Assembly: GCA_902785135.1 (NCBI GenBank)
Contig: CACZXL010000003.1
Span: forward strand, 2,281 to 66,280
Source: an uncultured Erysipelotrichaceae bacterium
GTDB taxonomy: Bacteria; Bacillota_I; Bacilli_A; RF39; UBA660
Length of the DNA stretch: 64,000 nt
Direction of reading: 5' to 3'
Shown here: piece by piece, positions 42,771 to 52,750 of the stretch
How positions within the stretch are numbered: the stretch's first letter is position 1
Layout of the letters: each line of letters begins with the position of its first letter
Made by a program: the position numbers and the translations under genes
Notes under the pieces: generated by a model
What the model was told of the DNA's origin: nothing
The model's database searches: none
The model's input: the letters and a program-made list of their open reading frames with translations, nothing else

Positions 42771-43469
42771 ATGGAAGATTTCAAAACAAGAAAAGCAGAA
42801 TATTTAAAGAAATTAAGAAATAATCCTAAAATAGCAAGTGAAATTATTAAAAATTTAGATGATAGTGAAAGTGATCAAAAAACAATTGGAATAGTAATTG
42901 CTCCTGCAAATGATAAAGAACTAGCATTTGCAGATTATCTTTTTTCATTTATGAGTGAAAGTGATTCGTTAGAGAAAGATATATTTAATGATGAAATTGA
43001 AAAAATACCAAATGAAGAAAATGAGAGTATAGAATTATTTTCTGATATAATTAATGTTACAAAAAATGGTGAAGAATTTTCATCAATAGCGTTATCAAAT
43101 CCTGAATATTTGGCTAAAGTATTGTATCAATTTTATGTATCTTATATTTCTGATACAGAGAACTTTAGGGATGCAGTTGCACAAAAAACAGGATTTAATT
43201 TAGATAATAAAATAGAAGCAACAATGTTTTTAATATATTTTGATAAGGCAGTAGAAATTTTAAAAAAACAATTTGATACTAAACAAGATATTATGAATTC
43301 TACAAGTGAGGATATAGAAGAATCAAATAGATTACTAAATGAATTTAAAAGATTACATAAAGAAGGTAAAAAAGAATGCACTATTGATTCACCAGAAGCA
43401 TTTGTTAAAAAACTTACTAATTTATTATGTGATGTTATATATAATTTAGAAAACGATAACGGTGACTAA
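42771..43469 (+). CDS. Orphan acidic protein
   Basis: Own TGTTATAAT promoter and RBS; no family recognised. Confidence 0.7.
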   Translation: MEDFKTRKAEYLKKLRNNPKIASEIIKNLDDSESDQKTIGIVIAPANDKELAFADYLFSFMSESDSLEKDIFNDEIEKIPNEENESIELFSDIINVTKNGEEFSSIALSNPEYLAKVLYQFYVSYISDTENFRDAVAQKTGFNLDNKIEATMFLIYFDKAVEILKKQFDTKQDIMNSTSEDIEESNRLLNEFKRLHKEGKKECTIDSPEAFVKKLTNLLCDVIYNLENDNGD

Positions 43470-43522
43470 GACGATTAAACTATATAATATAATAAAAATT
43501 ATTAATTGAAAGAAGGTATAAA

Positions 43523-44404
43523 ATGATAGTTATTTATGATAAAGATATGAATGAAGTAGAATACAACGATTATGATGATCAATGGTTTAGACATGTATTT
43601 CCATTAGATAATTTTTCTAATGTACCAGTACCAATGTATGGTGAATATTTTAAAACTGCTGAACATGCTTTTCAATATACAAAATTTATGGATACAAACG
43701 AAAAGGTTGCGTATGCAATTTTAAATGCTAGTACACCTGAAGATGCTAGAAATATTGCGCATTATTTTAAATCAGAAAGAGTACCTAATTGGTCTAAAAT
43801 AAAATATGATGTTATGGAAAAAGTATTAAAGACTAAAGTAGAAAAAAATGAGTTCGTAAAAAGAATACTATTAGATACAAAGGATTATATAATCACAGAA
43901 CAATGTATTGATGAAGATACTGATTGGGGATTAGATAATAATAATCAAGGTGAAAATCATTTAGGAAAAATTTGGATGAAAATAAGACAAGAATTAATTG
44001 ATAATAATGATATATATCCTTATGTATTAGGTTTTGATTGTGATGGAAGAGAAATCGAAGAATATATGATTTTAAAAGCTATATGGTCAAATGATTTTGA
44101 CTTGGAAGAGTTACCAGAAGCAGATCCTAGATATTACTGCGCTATATATGGAGGAGATGGTAATGCATATGCGATAAGTGTATATCATGATTATACAAGA
44201 AAGCTAATTATGGAAAGAGAAAACATTCCTAAAAATAGAAGTATTCCAACAATAGTTAAACCAATAAGTGAAATGGAAAATTATGAAATAGGAATAGTTA
44301 ATGAACATGATTATTTCTATTATGATAGAAATAGAGAAGATTTAAAGAAAGCATTAAATAAATATTTAAAAAAGAAAAATAATGTAAAAAAGTTAGTGCC
44401 ATAG
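43523..44404 (+). CDS. NADAR-family protein with unknown C-terminal domain
   Basis: FKTAEHAFQ..KF, W...K..VM, LL.T, D..WG......GENHLGKIWM.IR. Confidence 0.85.
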   Translation: MIVIYDKDMNEVEYNDYDDQWFRHVFPLDNFSNVPVPMYGEYFKTAEHAFQYTKFMDTNEKVAYAILNASTPEDARNIAHYFKSERVPNWSKIKYDVMEKVLKTKVEKNEFVKRILLDTKDYIITEQCIDEDTDWGLDNNNQGENHLGKIWMKIRQELIDNNDIYPYVLGFDCDGREIEEYMILKAIWSNDFDLEELPEADPRYYCAIYGGDGNAYAISVYHDYTRKLIMERENIPKNRSIPTIVKPISEMENYEIGIVNEHDYFYYDRNREDLKKALNKYLKKKNNVKKLVP

Positions 44405-44410
44405 ATAATA

Positions 44411-44428
44411 TGTAAAAGACTTTTGACA
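44411..44428. promoter_or_regulatory. Imperfect palindrome overlapping a TTGACA -35 box; putative autoregulatory operator
   Basis: TGTAAAAGACTTTTGACA upstream of the XRE regulator. Confidence 0.45.
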
Positions 44429-44472
44429 GACAGATTGATTGTTATTTGTTAAATTTATATTGGAGGTGCAAA

Positions 44473-45045
44473 ATGAATATTGGAAAAAGAATTAAAGAAT
44501 TTAGAGAGAAGATAAATATTTCACAAGAAGAACTAGCAGATAAAATATATACTTCTCGTCAAACAATATCTAATTGGGAAAATGATAAAACATATCCAGA
44601 TATTAATAGTTTAAAATTATTAAGTAATATTTTTGATGTATCTCTAGATAGTCTAGTGGAAGGAGATATAGATTTAATGAAAAAGACAATTAATGAAGTA
44701 GAAAGAAAGGAATTTAAGGCATTATCAAATATTTATGCTATTGAACTTATTATAATGATATTAAGTGCTTATCCATTATTAAAGTTAGGTATAATAGGTA
44801 TTATAATTTGGGGATTAATAGTAGTTATTACAATTGCTACAGCTTTTATAGTAGAAAAAAAGAAAAAAGAATATAATATTCAATCTTATAAAGAAATAGT
44901 AGCGTTTTATGAAAACAAGTCTTTAACACATGAAGAAAAAATACAAGAAAAAGCTAAAAGTTCTTATCAAAAGATTATTTATGCATTTGTAACTGCAGCA
45001 TTAGCGTTTATTATTTTTCTTTTATTAAGTCATTTTATAGGGTAA
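44473..45045 (+). CDS. XRE-family HTH regulator with C-terminal TM segments
   Basis: SQEELADKIYTSRQTISNWENDKTYPD; 3 TM segments. Confidence 0.9.
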   Translation: MNIGKRIKEFREKINISQEELADKIYTSRQTISNWENDKTYPDINSLKLLSNIFDVSLDSLVEGDIDLMKKTINEVERKEFKALSNIYAIELIIMILSAYPLLKLGIIGIIIWGLIVVITIATAFIVEKKKKEYNIQSYKEIVAFYENKSLTHEEKIQEKAKSSYQKIIYAFVTAALAFIIFLLLSHFIG

Positions 45046-45097
45046 TAAAGTAGGAGTAAAATCCTACTTTTTATGTTATAATTAAATTGGTGATATT

Positions 45098-45508
45098 ATG
45101 AAAAAAGATTTATTAAAAACAAATTGTTTTGATACTCAAGAAACAATGATAATAGTAGGAAGTTGTTTAGACAGAATGCAACCAGAAGCTTATAAAGAAC
45201 TAGAAAAAATATCTAGTAATATTTATGATGTTTGTTTAGAAAAAGAACATTTAAATATGGTAGTTACTAAAATTATAGGTATGGTCGCAAGAGGAAAAAT
45301 TAAGAAGTTAGTATTCGCTACAGTTGATAAATCTCCTCATTGTGTACAACTTCATTATGTTATAAAAGAATTAGAAAACGCTATTGATATAAGTAATTTA
45401 GAAATAATTAATTATGTAGCGGTAGATAATAAATTAATAGAAATATCTTTAGAAACTATTTCTTTATCTAAAAATTTAAAAGAATTACAAGAAAAAGGAA
45501 ATAGATAA
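45098..45508 (+). CDS. Hypothetical Cys/His protein, possibly metal or Fe-S binding
   Basis: GSC, VCLEKEH.NM, TVDKSPHCVQLH. Confidence 0.6.
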   Translation: MKKDLLKTNCFDTQETMIIVGSCLDRMQPEAYKELEKISSNIYDVCLEKEHLNMVVTKIIGMVARGKIKKLVFATVDKSPHCVQLHYVIKELENAIDISNLEIINYVAVDNKLIEISLETISLSKNLKELQEKGNR

Positions 45509-45509
45509 A

Positions 45510-45944
45510 ATGGATAGATATAAAATATATTGTGCAGTTCATTTAATTATGATTAAAGATAATAAAATACTTTTACAAAGAAGAAATAATCCAAATAAAT
45601 ATGGTTATGGAATGCTTGGTATGCCCGCAGGACATTTAGAAGAAAATGAAAATGTATATGATGCTTTAAAAAGAGAAATGAAAGAAGAATTAGATATAGA
45701 TATAACTAATAGTAAAATAGTACAAGTAATGAACTTAAAAGGTGAAACAGATACATATGATGCATATTTCTTTAATTGTGATTTTAATGGAGAAATAAAG
45801 AATATGGAAGAAGATAATTCTAAATCATTAGAGTGGATTGATATTAATTCTGATTTAAAAGATTTAATTCCATATGAAAAATATGCACTTGAAAAATACT
45901 TAGAAAGTGAAGATAATAAATTTACTATTTATGGATGGGATTAA
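45510..45944 (+). CDS. NUDIX hydrolase
   Basis: PAGHLEENE....ALKREMKEELDI Nudix box. Confidence 0.92.
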   Translation: MDRYKIYCAVHLIMIKDNKILLQRRNNPNKYGYGMLGMPAGHLEENENVYDALKREMKEELDIDITNSKIVQVMNLKGETDTYDAYFFNCDFNGEIKNMEEDNSKSLEWIDINSDLKDLIPYEKYALEKYLESEDNKFTIYGWD

Positions 45945-46016
45945 CAAATAATAATTGATAAAAGTAGGGTTAACCTACTTTTTATGCTATAATTGAATAG
46001 AAATGGAGTGATTCCT

Positions 46017-46877
46017 ATGGATAATAAAACTAATATAAACTTTTTCCCTGGTCATATGGCAAAGACTAGAAGAGAAATAGGAGAAAAATTAAAATTAATA
46101 GATATAGTTTATGAAGTAGTAGATGCAAGAATACCTAATTCATCTAGAATTATAGATATAGATGATTTAATTAAAGATAAACCTAAAGTTATTATAATGA
46201 CTAAGAAGGATTTATGTGATATAGAAAAGACTAATAAATGGATTAGTTATTATGAAAGTTTAGGATATAAAGTATTTTTAGTAGATTTAATTAATGATAA
46301 AAGTTTAGGTAAGTTATTTGATTTGACTGATGATGTATTATTTGGCTTAAATGAGAAAAGAGAAGAAAAAGGTTTACTTCAAAGAAAATATAGAGCGTTA
46401 ATTATGGGAGTGCCTAATGTTGGTAAAAGTACATTAATAAATAAGATTACTGGTAAGAAAGTTACTTCTGTAGGAGATAGACCTGGAGTTACTAAGAATA
46501 TAAGTTGGATAAGAATTAATGATAAGTTAGAATTAATGGATACTCCCGGTATATTATGGCCTAAATTAGAAGACCAAATTATTGCGTATAATTTAGCGAC
46601 ATTTTCTTCTATTAAAGATGAAATACTTCCTATAGATGAAGTTGCATGTTATATATTAAAGTATATGTATGAAAATTATCCAGATAGATTAATAGATAGA
46701 TATGGACTTGATTATTTAGATGAAGATGATTATACTGATGCTTATGAATTAATTGGTAGAAAAAGAGGATGTATAATTAGAGGTAATGAAGTAGATTACA
46801 ATAAAGTATCTAATTTAATAATAAGAGATTTAAGAGAAGGATATTTAGGTAAGGTAACATTTGATGAGAGAGTATGA
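46017..46877 (+). CDS. rbgA: Ribosome biogenesis GTPase RbgA/YlqF
   Basis: FPGHMAK, DARIP, GVPNVGKST, DTPGILWP. Confidence 0.96.
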   Translation: MDNKTNINFFPGHMAKTRREIGEKLKLIDIVYEVVDARIPNSSRIIDIDDLIKDKPKVIIMTKKDLCDIEKTNKWISYYESLGYKVFLVDLINDKSLGKLFDLTDDVLFGLNEKREEKGLLQRKYRALIMGVPNVGKSTLINKITGKKVTSVGDRPGVTKNISWIRINDKLELMDTPGILWPKLEDQIIAYNLATFSSIKDEILPIDEVACYILKYMYENYPDRLIDRYGLDYLDEDDYTDAYELIGRKRGCIIRGNEVDYNKVSNLIIRDLREGYLGKVTFDERV

Positions 46878-47481
46878 GAATAAATATATAGAGCAAGGGT
46901 TTAATGTAATTGCGGGTACTGATGAAGCAGGTAGAGGACCATTAGTTGGTCCTGTTGTTTGCGCTTGCGTAGTACTTCCAAATGATTATAATAACGATGA
47001 AATAAATGATTCTAAGAAATTAACTGAGAAAAAAAGAGAAAAGTTATATGATATAATTATGAAAGATGCTTTAGCAGTAGGAGTATCTATAATATCTGCA
47101 AAAGAAATAGATGAGATAAATATATTAGAAGCTTCTAGAAAAGGTATGATTGAAAGTTATAAAGAAGCAAATAAAAAGATAAAGATAGATGTGTTGTTGA
47201 CAGATGCAATGAAAATTGATACACTTGATATTCCGGTGGAAAAGATTATCAAGGGTGATGCTAAAAGTATCAGTATAGCAGCGGCATCTATTATCGCAAA
47301 AGTAACAAGAGATAGATTATTATTTGAACTTGATAAAAAATATCCAGAGTATGGTTTTAAAGATCATAAAGGATATCCTACAAAAAAACACTTGGAAGCA
47401 ATCGAAAAATATGGTATATTTGATGAGTACAGAAAAACTTATGGTCCTGTTAAAAAAATAATTGAAAAACAGGGGAATTAA
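46864..47481 (+). CDS. rnhB: Ribonuclease HII
   Basis: GTDEAGRGPL, DSKKL, KGDA.S.SIAAASIIAKVTRD. Confidence 0.96.
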   Translation: MREYENKYIEQGFNVIAGTDEAGRGPLVGPVVCACVVLPNDYNNDEINDSKKLTEKKREKLYDIIMKDALAVGVSIISAKEIDEINILEASRKGMIESYKEANKKIKIDVLLTDAMKIDTLDIPVEKIIKGDAKSISIAAASIIAKVTRDRLLFELDKKYPEYGFKDHKGYPTKKHLEAIEKYGIFDEYRKTYGPVKKIIEKQGN

Positions 47482-47519
47482 TTAATAAAAAGTACAATAA
47501 TATATATAGGAGGAAAATT

Positions 47520-49556
47520 ATGAGTAAGAATTTAGTTATAGTAGAATCTCCAGCTAAAAGTAAAACTATAGAAAAATATTTAGGTAGTGATTTTAAAGTA
47601 TTATCTTCTAAAGGACATATTAGAGATTTAGCTACTACTGGTAAATTTGGTTTAGGAGTAGATATAGAAAATGGATTTACACCAAACTATGTGGCTATTA
47701 AAGGTAAATCTAAAGATATTAGTGCTTTAAAGAAAGAAGCTAAAGCTGCAGATAAAGTATATCTAGCTACCGACCCAGACCGTGAAGGAGAAGCTATTTC
47801 TTGGCATTTAAAAGATGAATTGGGACTAAAAGACAAAGATTACGATAGAATAGTATTTAATGAAATTACTAAGGGTGCAGTAACAGATTCATTTAATCAT
47901 GCTAGAAAAATAGATGATTTAATGGTACGTAGTCAAGAAACAAGAAGAATACTAGATAGAATTATTGGTTTTAGATTAAGTAAGTTAATGCAATCTAAAA
48001 CTGGTGGAAAAAGTGCAGGTAGAGTACAATCAGTTGCATTAAAATTAATTTGTGATAGAGAAGATGAAATAAATAAATTTGTTACAGAAGAATATTGGAC
48101 TATTGATGCATTATTCCCATCATTTACTGCGTCATTATTTAAATATAAAGATGATAAGATTGAAATTAAAAATGAATTAGAAGCTAGAAAGATTGAAAAT
48201 GAATTATCAAATTCTTACAAAATAGAAAGTGTTGAAGAAAAGAGTAAAAAGAAACAATCTAAACCTCCATATATAACTAGTACTCTTCAACAAGATGCAA
48301 TTGTTAAATTAAATTTTAATTCTAAAAAGACTATGAGTATAGCGCAAAAACTATATGAAGGTATTAATATAGGTACTGAAACAGTAGGTCTTATTACTTA
48401 TATGAGAACTGATTCTATTAGATTATCTAATGATTTTATTAGTGAGACATATAAGTTTATAGAAAATGAATATGGTAAAGAATATGTAGGTGCGGTTAAG
48501 AAGAGTAAGAAAACAGAAAATGTTCAAGATGCACATGAAGCTATTAGACCATCTAGTATTCTTAGAACACCAGAAAAATTAAAAGAATATTTAACAAAAG
48601 ATGAATATAAATTATATAATTTAATTTACTATAGAGCACTTGCTTCATTAATGAAGGAAGCAACTCAAAAAGTAACAACATTAATATTAGATAATAATAA
48701 TTATAAATTTAAAGCAACTGGTACAGTAACAACTTTTGATGGTTATTTAAAGGCATATAAAGCATTTGAAAATTCTGAAGATAAGGAACTTCCAGATGTT
48801 GCTAATTATAAGAGTGATGTTTTAGTAACCGATGATGTAGAATTAAAACAACACTTTACTGAGCCACCAGCAAGATATACAGAAGCCAAGTTAATTAAAG
48901 AGATGGAAGATCTAGGTATAGGTAGACCATCTACATATGCTGCAACTATGTCTACAATTGTAGATAGAGGATATGTTGAATTAAAAGAAAAGAAATTCTA
49001 TCCAACAGAGATTGGTATAGAAACAAATAAAAAATTACAAGAATTCTTTAGTGATTTAATAAATGTTAAATATACAGCTAAAATGGAAGATGATTTAGAT
49101 AATATTGCTAATGGAGAAGTAGTATGGAATGAATTACTAGATAAATTCTTTAGGAGGTTTGAACCAATGGTTGAAAATGCATTTGATAATATGGAAAAGA
49201 AAGAAGCAGAAAAAACTGGAGAAGTATGTCCAGAATGTGGACATGATTTAGTAATTAGAAAAGGTAGATATGGTGAATTTGTCGCTTGTTCTAATTACCC
49301 AACTTGTAAATATATAAAGAAAGAAGAAAAAGAAAAAGCTCCTGCAGTAGAAGTATGTGACTGTATTAAATGTGGAAGTAAGATAGTAGAAAGAACTACT
49401 AGAAAAGGTAAAGTATTCTATGGATGCTCTAACTTCCCTAAATGTAAAGAAGCATATTGGGATAAACCAGTAGGTGAAAAATGTCCAGAATGTAACAGTA
49501 TGCTTGTAGAAAAAGATGGTGCTATTAAATGCTCATCTTGTGATTATGAAAAATAG
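47520..49556 (+). CDS. topA: DNA topoisomerase I
   Basis: VESPAK, ATDPDREGEAI, SAGRVQS, ITYMRTDS, C-terminal Zn ribbons. Confidence 0.97.
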   Translation: MSKNLVIVESPAKSKTIEKYLGSDFKVLSSKGHIRDLATTGKFGLGVDIENGFTPNYVAIKGKSKDISALKKEAKAADKVYLATDPDREGEAISWHLKDELGLKDKDYDRIVFNEITKGAVTDSFNHARKIDDLMVRSQETRRILDRIIGFRLSKLMQSKTGGKSAGRVQSVALKLICDREDEINKFVTEEYWTIDALFPSFTASLFKYKDDKIEIKNELEARKIENELSNSYKIESVEEKSKKKQSKPPYITSTLQQDAIVKLNFNSKKTMSIAQKLYEGINIGTETVGLITYMRTDSIRLSNDFISETYKFIENEYGKEYVGAVKKSKKTENVQDAHEAIRPSSILRTPEKLKEYLTKDEYKLYNLIYYRALASLMKEATQKVTTLILDNNNYKFKATGTVTTFDGYLKAYKAFENSEDKELPDVANYKSDVLVTDDVELKQHFTEPPARYTEAKLIKEMEDLGIGRPSTYAATMSTIVDRGYVELKEKKFYPTEIGIETNKKLQEFFSDLINVKYTAKMEDDLDNIANGEVVWNELLDKFFRRFEPMVENAFDNMEKKEAEKTGEVCPECGHDLVIRKGRYGEFVACSNYPTCKYIKKEEKEKAPAVEVCDCIKCGSKIVERTTRKGKVFYGCSNFPKCKEAYWDKPVGEKCPECNSMLVEKDGAIKCSSCDYEK

Positions 49557-49593
49557 TATTGACTATAAATTAGTTTTGTAATAAAATTTATTT

Positions 49594-49787
49594 AAAGCGA
49601 AAATATAGGACTAGTAATAAAATAATTTATTAGTAGAGAGTTAGCGGATGGTGAAAGCTATCATAAATATTTTATGAATCTACCTATTAGCGGCACTAAT
49701 ACTGCCCGGTTAAAACCGTTATTAAATTAAGTTAAATAAAGGATGGTACCGTCATTAGACTCCTTGTCTAGGTATCATCCTTTTTTA
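49594..49787 (+). promoter_or_regulatory. T-box riboswitch (Ser)
   Basis: Promoter TTGACT-17-TAAAAT (49559-49587); AGAGA and GGTGAAA; specifier TCT 49679-81; antiterminator AAGGA-TGGTACC-GTC..GAC-TCCTT; terminator ending ATCC plus U tract. Confidence 0.9.
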
Positions 49788-49806
49788 TTATTTAAGGAGG
49801 AATAAT

Positions 49807-50112
49807 ATGGAAGAAAGAAAATTTGAAATAGGGGATATAGTTCAGCATTTTAAGAGAGAGACTGTCTCGGAAGAAAGATTACAAGATGATCCAAATGTTT
49901 ATTTATATGAGATTATTGGTACATCTAGACACACTGAAACAAAAGAAGAGTTAATGATATATAAACCATTATATGAAACAGATTGTGTTGATGGAGTTGA
50001 TTATGCTGCTAGACCACTAGATATGTTTATGTCAGAAGTTGATCATGAAAAATATCCGGATATTAAACAAAAATATAGATTTGAATTATTTAATAAAGAG
50101 ATGGAGGAATAA
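49807..50112 (+). CDS. DUF1653 domain protein
   Basis: HFK, HTET.E..IYKPLY, RPLDMFMSEVD..KYP...Q.YRFE. Confidence 0.88.
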   Translation: MEERKFEIGDIVQHFKRETVSEERLQDDPNVYLYEIIGTSRHTETKEELMIYKPLYETDCVDGVDYAARPLDMFMSEVDHEKYPDIKQKYRFELFNKEMEE

Positions 50113-50114
50113 TT

Positions 50115-51407
50115 ATGTTAGATATTAAATTTGTAAGAGAAAATCCTGATAAGGTAAAAGAAAATATTAAAAAGAAATTTCAAGATAAGAAATTAGAATT
50201 AGTTGATAAAGTTATTAAGTTAGATGAAGAATATAGAGAAATAAAAGTTAAAGCTGATAACTATAGAAAAGAAAGAAATGAAATAAGTGATAATATTGGT
50301 GCTTTAATGAGAGAAGGTAAGAAAGAAGAAGGCCTTGCCTTAAAAGATAAAGTAACTAAGATTAATGATGAATTAAAAGGTTTAGAAGAAAAAGAAGAAA
50401 CATTAAGTAAAGAAATAAAAGAAATAATGTTCTTAATACCAAATATAGTCGCAGATGATGTACCTATTGGAGAAGATGACAGTAAGAATGTTGATATAGA
50501 ACATATTGGTGAACCAGTAGTTCCTGATTTTGAAGTTCCATATCACGCAGATATCATGGCAAGTTTTAGTGGACTTGATAAAGAAGCTGCTGCAAGAGTA
50601 TCTGGAAATGGTTTTTATTATTTAGTTGGTGATATCGCAAGATTACATAGTGCTGTTTTAAGTTATGCTAGAGACTTTATGATTAATAAGGGATTCACAT
50701 ACTGTATTCCACCTTTTATGATTAGAAGCGATGCGGTTGATGGAGTTATGTCTTTTGAAGAAAAAGAAGCTATGATGTATAAAGTTGAAGGTGAAGATTT
50801 ATACTTGATTGGTACTTCAGAACACTCTATGATTGCGAAATTTAAAGATCAAATATTAAAAGAAGAAGAACTTCCTATAACTATGACTAGTTATTCACCA
50901 TGTTTTAGAAAAGAAGTTGGTGCGCATGGTATAGAAGAAAGAGGAGTTTATAGAATTCATCAATTTGAAAAACAAGAAATGATTGTTATTTGTAAACCAG
51001 AAGATAGTGAAGCTTGGTATGAAAAAATGCTTAATTATACAGTAGAATTATTTAGAACACTAGATATTCCAGTTAGAAAATTAGTATGCTGTACTGGAGA
51101 TCTTGCTGATCTTAAATATAGATCATGTGATGTTGAAGCATGGAGCCCAAGACAAAAAACATATTTTGAAGTTGGATCATGTTCTAACTTAACTGATGCT
51201 CAAGCTAGAAGACTTGGTATTAGATATAAAGATAAAGATGGTAATAAGACTTTAGCGCATACTTTAAATAATACAGTTATCGCTCCACCTAGAATGTTAA
51301 TTGCGTTCTTAGAAAATAACTTACAAGCAGATGGAACAGTTAAAATACCAGAAGCTTTAAGACCTTATATGGGTGGAGTAGAAAAGTTAGTGCCAAATAA
51401 TAAATAA
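50115..51407 (+). CDS. serS: Serine--tRNA ligase
   Basis: MLDIKFVRENP, LIGTSE, CFRKE, HQFEKQE, HTLNNT. Confidence 0.97.
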   Translation: MLDIKFVRENPDKVKENIKKKFQDKKLELVDKVIKLDEEYREIKVKADNYRKERNEISDNIGALMREGKKEEGLALKDKVTKINDELKGLEEKEETLSKEIKEIMFLIPNIVADDVPIGEDDSKNVDIEHIGEPVVPDFEVPYHADIMASFSGLDKEAAARVSGNGFYYLVGDIARLHSAVLSYARDFMINKGFTYCIPPFMIRSDAVDGVMSFEEKEAMMYKVEGEDLYLIGTSEHSMIAKFKDQILKEEELPITMTSYSPCFRKEVGAHGIEERGVYRIHQFEKQEMIVICKPEDSEAWYEKMLNYTVELFRTLDIPVRKLVCCTGDLADLKYRSCDVEAWSPRQKTYFEVGSCSNLTDAQARRLGIRYKDKDGNKTLAHTLNNTVIAPPRMLIAFLENNLQADGTVKIPEALRPYMGGVEKLVPNNK

Positions 51408-51458
51408 GAAGATTGATTTTAATCTTCTTTTTTTTTATAATTTATATAGGTGATTAAA

Positions 51459-52169
51459 TTGAAAAAGAAAAAATGGATATTTATAGTTATAGGAATTTTA
51501 TTAATAATAAGTATATTCTTTATATTAGGTCATATAAAGAAACAAAAAGAAAGAAATGAAGTTTTATCTAAAAGTAGAAACGAAATGATAAAAAAATTAA
51601 AAACCTTTTCTTATAATGGAATTGTAAGTATAGATTTAGTTGGATATAAGTTTGATACTAATTTAGATTGTAAAGAAGACTTAAATAATAGATTGGGTTA
51701 TTGTAATATAACAAATAAACTAGTAGATATAGAAGAATATTTAGATTATAAGAATAATGTTACTTATACTAAAACTGATATTATTTCAAATGATAGTACC
51801 GACAAGTGGAGAAAATCAAAAGAAAAAGATATTGGTGAGGTAACACCTATGTTTAAGATGTTTGATGGTATAAAAATTTCTAAGGAAGAAAAAACTGATA
51901 AAGGTACTATTTATATTGGAGAAATAAATGGTAGATCTTTAAGAGGAATACTAAATTCTGCGAATAAAGGAACAAGTAGAAAGTTTAATTTAACAAAATT
52001 ATTTAAAAGAAAAGTACCAGTAAGAATATTTGTTAATAATGATAATTATGTAGAAAGTATTGAATCTAATTTTAAGTTTTTAGGAATAGGTTTTGATATA
52101 GATATTAAATATACTGATTTTAATAATACACCATCAATAAGTTTACCAGGTGAAGTAAATGAATTATAA
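51459..52169 (+). CDS. Membrane-anchored hypothetical protein (LppX/LolA-like beta fold possible)
   Basis: N-terminal TM; TTG start after AGGTGA. Confidence 0.6.
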   Translation: MKKKKWIFIVIGILLIISIFFILGHIKKQKERNEVLSKSRNEMIKKLKTFSYNGIVSIDLVGYKFDTNLDCKEDLNNRLGYCNITNKLVDIEEYLDYKNNVTYTKTDIISNDSTDKWRKSKEKDIGEVTPMFKMFDGIKISKEEKTDKGTIYIGEINGRSLRGILNSANKGTSRKFNLTKLFKRKVPVRIFVNNDNYVESIESNFKFLGIGFDIDIKYTDFNNTPSISLPGEVNEL

Positions 52170-52746
52170 AATAGATAATAATAAATTGATTTTATTTGTT
52201 AATAAAGATAATATTGATAAGACAATAAGTAAAACTAAAAAGTTAATTAGATTATGTGATAAAAAGAATTTAGAACTAGTTATAGAATATGATGGTGTTA
52301 AAAGTGAAGATTTAGATATGATTAAAACTGCCATAAATATTAAAAATAGAGAAGATAGATATAATTATATTTATGATACAGTATGTAAAATATTAGATGA
52401 TAGAATATGTAATGAAAACTATTGTGAATTTGAAAATGATGTATGTATTCGTTTTAGAAAAGAAAATCCAAATCATAAAAATGGATGTTGTGAATGGAAA
52501 GGTAGAGGAAAATGTAAGTATTTAATAGATAGTGTATGCACTATGAAAACATGTATGGCTTGCAAATTATTTACTTGTCCATTTCTATATAAAGAAAAAG
52601 GTATAAGACAAAGAATAAATGATTATGTTTTAATAAAGTATTTCTTTAATAAAAATCAAAAATATATATTAGAGTGTAGTTTTTGGACTCCTAAAGAAAT
52701 TGTTATGAAAAGATTACTTGCGAATAATTTTAATATAAAGGAATGA
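52159..52746 (+). CDS. Cys-rich hypothetical protein
   Basis: C.F...C..GCC...C.YL...C...C.ACKLFTC. Confidence 0.7.
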   Translation: MNYKIDNNKLILFVNKDNIDKTISKTKKLIRLCDKKNLELVIEYDGVKSEDLDMIKTAINIKNREDRYNYIYDTVCKILDDRICNENYCEFENDVCIRFRKENPNHKNGCCEWKGRGKCKYLIDSVCTMKTCMACKLFTCPFLYKEKGIRQRINDYVLIKYFFNKNQKYILECSFWTPKEIVMKRLLANNFNIKE

Positions 52747-52750
52747 TATT

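Noticed and set aside
47481-47520. Missing dprA between rnhB and topA as evidence of lost competence
   Set aside because: Gene order is heavily shuffled here; absence from one window is uninformative.
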